From Azolla caroliniana (lineage: Eukaryota; Plantae; Polypodiophyta): a DNA stretch of 64,000 nt. This document shows, piece by piece, positions 57,690 to 64,000 of the stretch. The first letter of the stretch is position 1. Each line of letters begins with the position of its first letter. The translations under genes were made by a program, and so were the position numbers. The notes beneath the pieces were generated by a model. It was not told where the DNA came from, made no database searches, and saw nothing but the letters and a program-made list of their open reading frames with translations. The DNA lies in contig JBHGNT010000003.1 of NCBI GenBank assembly GCA_043228905.1, forward strand, positions 7,440,001-7,504,000, written 5' to 3'.

Positions 57690-60610
57690 AATGCTCTAAT
57701 CGAGGGGCTCTAAGGGTTCTTCAGAAGGCTGATTGGACTGTTGTTGTTGCTCTTACTGTTGCTGCTCCTCCAACTATTGCTTCTGCTCCTCCTGCTGCTG
57801 CTTCATTGGCTATGACCATTGCTCCGACTGCTACTCCATTGGCTGTTGTTGTGGCTCTTCCTGTTGCGCGGTCTCCGGCTCTTCTGGGTGTTGCTCCTCC
57901 GATAGCTGTTGCACGGTCCTCGGTGACGACGGTTGCTCCTCCTGAGTTAAATCCGGTTGGCTTGTCCCAACCGTATCTTTTCCCGTCCTTTGCTCCATCG
58001 ATGACTCTTCATCACTGAGATTGATTGTTGCCGCACTCTTCATCGCCTCTTGTCGTAGCCTCTCCTTTTCCTAACTTTGAAACTGGATTTGGTTATCCAG
58101 CCGATCATCGTCAAGTTGTACCACTAGTTGCCGGACCACTGTTAGTTGTTCATCAGCCAATGCTACGAAGTCATCTACCAATTCATCTTTCACGGCAACA
58201 AAGTCTTCCTTTTCCAGCTTATAGAACTCATCTCCTTCCCGTTGCCGGTTTTCTGCGTCCGCCCTCAGCAATTGTAGCTCGGCAGCATGCTTTGCCCATT
58301 TGGACCACCATAATACTGAGTTTTCTTTAATCAAGCGCTTCGTTCGTTTCTTCCATGCATGTACAATGCACCGGATCTACTCCAGCCCCATCTTTGATTT
58401 GTCTTCTGTGGCCTATCGTTCATCTTTCAACTGTTTGATCAGGTTTGCAGTTACCACCTCCTAGTCCTTGTAGCGCACCAGTTGATCATGATAGGTTGTT
58501 TGCACTCTTTGTAAGACCATGGCGGCGCATTCCGTTTCCGCATAATGTTGCATCTGGAGTTCCAGGCGTTCTTGCGCCGCTTCAGCTCGTATAGTTTCCT
58601 TCTCAGCCCGTTCTTCCACTAGTGCCGACTCCGCCCATTGCACTTCGTTCCGGAGCTCGAACATCTTCTCCTGCTACCGGTCGCTGTCAGTGATGAGCTT
58701 CTTGTATTCCGTCTCGACATGTTTATAATCCCGGTGCAGGCGGTCAAAATCTTCTATTTTCTGCTTCAGCTTCTAATTGATTTGGCGGCGAGCTCGGTCT
58801 TCCCTATCCTTCTGCTGCCGAAGCTCTTCTTTAAGCCTCTCTATCTCTGTTTCCGCCATCCTTCGGATTTTATCCTTCTCTTTCAGCACTTTTTCTTTCT
58901 CTTCCTTAAGCCGGTCATAGGCTTGGTGTCCCTTCCGTAGACTTTCTTCTGCTCGGCGGAGGTTGTCGGTAGTCTTCCGTTGTTCCTCCTATGCCGCCAT
59001 TTTTAATTTTCTTTCCTTGGCCTGTAATGCTTCCTATGCGGCCAGGTCTTCTTTGAGAACGGCAAGCTCTTGTGCTTGCGCTGTAATTATATCCAGGTTT
59101 TATCCCGTCACCGGGGTCGTATTATTATGTACAGTTTTCGGTGTTTCATTATTCTGTACATGTACCAGAGCCACCGGTTCTTGCTCCTGGGGTGTTGTTA
59201 TGACCATCTTAGCCAATTCTTCCTTGGCTATTTCCAATTCTTGTTCCAAGCTCCGGATCCTTGACCCGGCCTTCTCTAGTTCTCCGGTTGTGGCTAGCAA
59301 CCGGTCCAATTGAGCTCTCTCCTCTGCCTCCATATAATGGACCACTCAGGCTATTTGCTCACCAATCCACCGCAGCCATTGGCTGCCGGTGCCTTGTTGT
59401 TGTGTCGGCGCAGAGGGTTGGCTGATTTCTGCGCTTGCCAGTGGTTGATCTTGTCTGGTTGGCAACTCTGGCTCCGGTTGGTTACCACTTGGCAGTTCCA
59501 GCTCTAGTTGTGCCTCAGTTGGTCGTTCCATCTTTGGTTGGTCCTGGTGTGCCGGTAGTGTAGACAACTAAATCACCAGCTCCTGAATCACGGGTCTTGT
59601 TATGTTCTGACCCGCCAGCGTAGCCTGTTGCGCAGGGACTTCTGTGACTGGTTCTGTTTGAACCGGTTCCGCTTCCACCCTTGGCTCTGGGCCCTCAGTT
59701 GGGGGTATCGGCGTCCTATCCTTTTTTGGACCCGATTGTTTCCCGGCATGGTCTGCAGTGCTCTTCTTTTGGCGCCACTGGAGGTGCTCGTTGGGCTCCT
59801 CCGCCGTTTCCTCCTCCTGAGTCCCAAGATTGATTTTCATTGCCAAGGGATTTGGCTCCTGTTGACCTGGTCGGCAAAATTTAATCTTTATTGGTCGTGC
59901 CGGTGTTGCCTCCTGCGTCTCCGTCTGGTTAGGCCACTCTTTCGTCGTTTTTTCAATGTCGGCCTCCTTCCCTTTGGTTGCCTTAGCAGCCAATAGCTGC
60001 TACCGTTTTGAAGTCGTTTTAGATGTTCCTTCGGTTGACCTTCCCCGCTTCTTCGCCGTGATGGGCTCCACTGATGGTGCTAACAGCGTGAGCCATTGCT
60101 CCATTGCCGACCATATTTTCCTGCCATCCTTCCCTCTTACCGAGTCGATGGCCGCGCACAGTCCGTCGGCGATCAGCACCAACCAGTCCACCTGTATACC
60201 CTCATATGTCACTATAATTAAACCAACTCTGTTCCTAGGCATTGCTGGGGGTCGAGGGTACACATGGCCAAACTCCTGGAGTACACGAGCAATCTCTCAG
60301 AATAAGCCATCCTCACTGCCCTGTGTACGATATGCCTTGCTGGCCAGAGAGTACTCACCGAAGTATTTCGTGAGCTGCTCCGGGGTAGGGTTGTCGATGG
60401 TGAAGATGCCGCCTTCGGGTAGGCCCGTCAGGGCACGGATGGTCTCCTCTGTGATTACTTCTGTGTCGATGTCCTTGACAACCCTTTCCGCCTCTCTGTG
60501 CGGTGGTGCCTCCATGATCCTCAAGAATCCTTCCAATCCGTGTTGCTTTAACTACTTCTTGGCTGCCTCAGAGAGCGTCATGCAGTCCATTTCTCCTTCT
60601 GAGTAGGTGA
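57690..60610 (-). pseudogene. Degenerate additional ORF downstream of integrase (globular N-terminus, long coiled coil, Q/E-rich tail)
   Basis: Consecutive minus-strand ORF fragments 60297-60536, 60000-60263, 59568-59993, 59346-59567, 59100-59345, 58461-58664, 58071-58334, 57831-58043, mostly separated by single stops. Confidence 0.6.
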
Positions 60611-60991
60611 TTGTTGGTGAGGTAGGTGCGTTAGGGGGCTCTGGGTGCTAGCGTCTGATTATCTTTAATCATCTATGTGCGTTTGCGATTCTCTGTTCGC
60701 GAAATGAGAAAGCCTCCATGCGGTGTAGGTTTTCTTTTTGCATGTTGGCGCCTTTCTCCATTCTTGCACATGCGCACGTCGTGTACTATAATGGCAATGA
60801 GGTGCCACGTGGCGGCATTTTGATGCACTATAAATAGCCCACTACTTGGCTTTTCAAAGTGCCGGTTCACTCCTCCCTTTTCATTGCATGTGGTCGTTTG
60901 TTCCTCGCCATCGCATGATTTGGGTTTGATTGGATCTTATTTGATTTTCTTTTTCTTTTCTTTTCTTTGTTTTTTCATAAATTCGATCTTG

Positions 60992-63968
60992 TTAATCCAT
61001 ATCCGGCCCAAATGGACCCTTCTCTGGATTGTGGTCCCTTTCACCGGTTCCGTGCTTGCCGCTTGCTTCACCGGTTATCGTCTCGTCGTGCTTACCGATG
61101 TCCAGTGCGGTGTCAGCCTTTGTCTGCTCAAACGGGTTTCTTGGCATGGGTCCATAGTATGGTTTGAGTCGAAACCTATTGACCCATTTACCCATAACTT
61201 CTCCGGCGAGTGTCCCTAGCTGGTAGGAACCATTGAACTCTCGTGTAATCCAATATGGTCCAGTCCACCGAAACCGTAGCTTCCCCGGCATCTTACCCAT
61301 CCGGGTCTGGAATACAAGTACCGGCTTACTGATCCCGAACATTTTTTCGTTACCTTTCCGGTGTCGATCGACGAACGCTTTCCTTCTCCGTGGTTCCAGT
61401 TCCATGTGCATCAGGCTGGCTATCCGGTGTTCCTCTTGTTCGCATAGTGCTGCAAGCTGGATTGTTTCCGACTCCTTCTCGTTTAGGCGTTCTCGAACCT
61501 GTAACCGCAAACTGGAAACCTGGAATTCGATCGGCATTACCGCTTCCAATCCGAATGCTAATCGGAAAGGCATTGTCCGGATACTTGTCTTATATGTTGT
61601 CCGGTAGGCCCAGAGTGCATTGTGCAGCTTTGTATCCCAATCCGTCTGGTTCTCATTGACGATTTTCCGCAGGATGTTTTGTAGCGTCTTATTTGTGGAT
61701 TCGGCTAATCCGTTGGCTTGCGGATAATACAGAGTCCTTCGCTTCTGCACCACCGCATAGAATGTCATCAAGCTCTCCACCACTTGTCCTAAGAAATGCC
61801 CACCTTGGTTGCTAATTAGCTTGATCGGACATCCATATCGGCACTAGATATATTCATATAAAAACTTTGTCGTGGATGTCGCAGTGTTGTCATGTAGTGC
61901 TTTGGCCTCCACCCACTTGGTTCAGTAGTCCATAGCGACAATCACGTATCGGTTGCCAGTTCTCATTGCTGGTGGTTTAAATGGGTCGATGAAGTCCAGG
62001 CCCCATTTCTAAAATGGTTCCAATGGCAGTACCGGCTGGTGAGGCATTCTTGCTTGTTCCGTTGGTTGTCCCATCCGCTGACATAAATCACATTCTCTAG
62101 CATACCGGACGGTGTCTTTTAATGTTGTCGGCCACCATAGGCCACTCTGCCATATTTTCCTTGCCGTAGCATCCCCAAAATAATGTCCTCCTGCACCGCC
62201 GCAGTGTGCCTCACGTAGTATTTGGTCTTTTTCGTCACTGTGCACCGCGCGCCGCCATATGCCATCCGCGCCTTTATGGTACAGTGTGTCCTGCAGTAAG
62301 CAAAAGTGTCGGCTTTGTACTGCTAATCGTTTTCGCTCGTCTCTGTTCATCTCCTCTGGAGGTAATCCGGTGCTCAGGAATTGATGCATGTTAGTGAGCC
62401 ACTTGTCCTCCTCGGCGACCGTACCGTCTATTGTCATTTCTGTTGTGACCCTAAACAAGTCTGCATCTAGAAATTCGTCTGCGACTCCCTCACCGGTTTC
62501 ACCGGAGTCTAACCGGCTCAAATAATCTGCAACCTCATGTTGTATGCCTGGCCGGTGAAATATCTCGAACTCAAATTCTTGTAATAATAACGTCCACCAG
62601 GCCAGCTTACCCGTGAGTGATGCTTTTGAGACCAAGTAAAGTAGCGCCGAATGGTCTACATGAAAGGAAAATTTCCTCCCCAATAGATAGTGTCAGAACT
62701 TGGTGACGATGTAGATCATGCCCAAGGCTTCTCTTTCCGTCGTTGAGTAATTACGTTCCGCCTGGGACAGCTTCCGGCTGGCATAATACACGGGCCGGTA
62801 CCACTTCGGTTCAGTAAGATGCATTAATGCGCTCCCAATTGCTATGTCAGACACGTCTACGAATACGTGGAATTCTTTAGACCAATCCGGAGTTTGCACC
62901 ACCGGTGCTTGTGATAGTAGTACTTTTAATGCCCGGTAAGCCTTCTCTTCTATGTCCATCCATTGAAATGGTGTCCGGTGCACCGCAACATGCAATGGTG
63001 TGGTTAGGTCTGCCAGATACCAGAGCATCCGGCTATGCCACCGGATTTGTCCTAGGAACCGACTCAATGCTTTCGCAGTGGTGTGTGCCGGTGCCTCCAA
63101 AATTGCTTTGACCTTGTCCGGGTCTACTGCAATACCGTCCTTGCTAACGATGTGGCCTAGTAATGCGCCGCTTGACACACCGAACACGCATTTCACCGGG
63201 TTAAGGCTTAACCGGTAAACCCTACATTTCTCAAGACATAGTCGGAGGTATTGGAGGTGTTCCCCTTCCTGGCTGTACATGGCAAAATCGTCTAAGAACA
63301 CCTGCATGAATGCTGGAATAAATTCTCCGAAAATCTCCATGATTATCCGCTGGAAGGTTGGTGACGCCGTTTTAAGTTCGAACATCATGACTACAGCGAC
63401 AAATACTCCCCATTCGGTAACAAAAGCAGTTTTCTCCCGGTTGTCGGGGTGCATCCGGATATGATTGTAGTCGTTGAACCCGTCCAGGAAACTATAAACT
63501 TCGTGAGCGGCTACTGCATCCAAGACTCCATCCGTAAAAGGGAGTGGGAAGGCGTCGATTACCATTACCGCATTCAACTTCCGGTAGTCGACACATACCC
63601 TGATTTTTCTATTCTTTTTCAGTATAACGACTATTGAACTCAGCCGCCTTCTTGACCGGTCAGATGAACCCTACCCGTAACAATTTGTTGATTTCATCCT
63701 TTACTTTTGTTGCATAGTTAGGGTTCATCCGGTAGCGTCGTTGCACCACCGGCTTGGCATCCTTAGTCAGATGTATCTGGTGTTGATAAAATTGAGGATC
63801 TAGCCCCCGCATGTCCTCGTAAGACCACGCGAACACGTCCCAGAACTCCTTTAATAAGGTGATCATTGTCGTCTTCCTTTCGGGAATCATTTCTTTGGCG
63901 ATGTGAACCAGTAACCCAACCATGGTGCTTGATGTATCTGGTGCTTGATGTGCGCTGTTTTTAGCCAT
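60992..63968 (-). pseudogene. Gypsy pol (RT, RNase H, integrase) of element F
   Basis: DAFPLPF, SFLDGF, KTAFVTEWG, VFLDDF, NYSTTEREAL, HCG..GGH, YYPQANGLAE, GKLRFRWTGPY; several stops. Confidence 0.92.
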
Positions 63969-64000
63969 GGGCGACCCAGCAACAATGGGTATGCCCCTTG

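Larger units (their letters stand above)
57219..64000 (-). mobile_element. Non-chromoviral (Athila/Tat-like pol) gypsy element F, 3' half, with an extra ORF
   Basis: 3' LTR TGTTA...TAACA at 57219-57612; degenerate RT-RH-INT at 60992-63968; runs off the window edge. Confidence 0.8.

Overview
This is eukaryotic, transposon-dense DNA, probably from a non-seed land plant such as a bryophyte (inferred from the element families and GT-AG introns). It is a nested stack of mobile elements with no conventional host gene. It contains: an RTEX-like LINE; one intact young Ty1/copia element (7444-12869, LTRs identical by eye, ACTGG TSD); several decayed copia, chromoviral and non-chromoviral Ty3/gypsy elements; solo LTRs; and two gene-carrying insertions. 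The standout is a 9.2-kb cut-and-paste DNA transposon (42143-51343; 36-bp TIRs, AGTT TSD, Sola-like DDD transposase). Head-to-head with its decayed transposase it carries an apparently intact six-exon gene (961 aa). That gene encodes a ParB/Srx-like domain fused to a bacterial-type beta-class amino (N6-adenine/N4-cytosine) DNA methyltransferase, and its first intron holds ten 51-bp-spaced palindromes. Other notable signals: (i) a conserved tRNA-3'-end-like hairpin with a compensatory base change replacing the polypurine tract in two very different gypsy elements; (ii) tRNA-type A/B boxes in chromovirus LTRs; (iii) an in-frame UGA-CGG junction between LINE ORF1 and ORF2; (iv) a 4.5-kb insertion with an intact RING-finger gene whose introns carry telobox and palindromic satellite arrays; (v) CpG-centred 4-bp target sites for one gypsy family. 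All gene models and alignments were made by eye, and family assignments rest on recalled motifs, not database searches.
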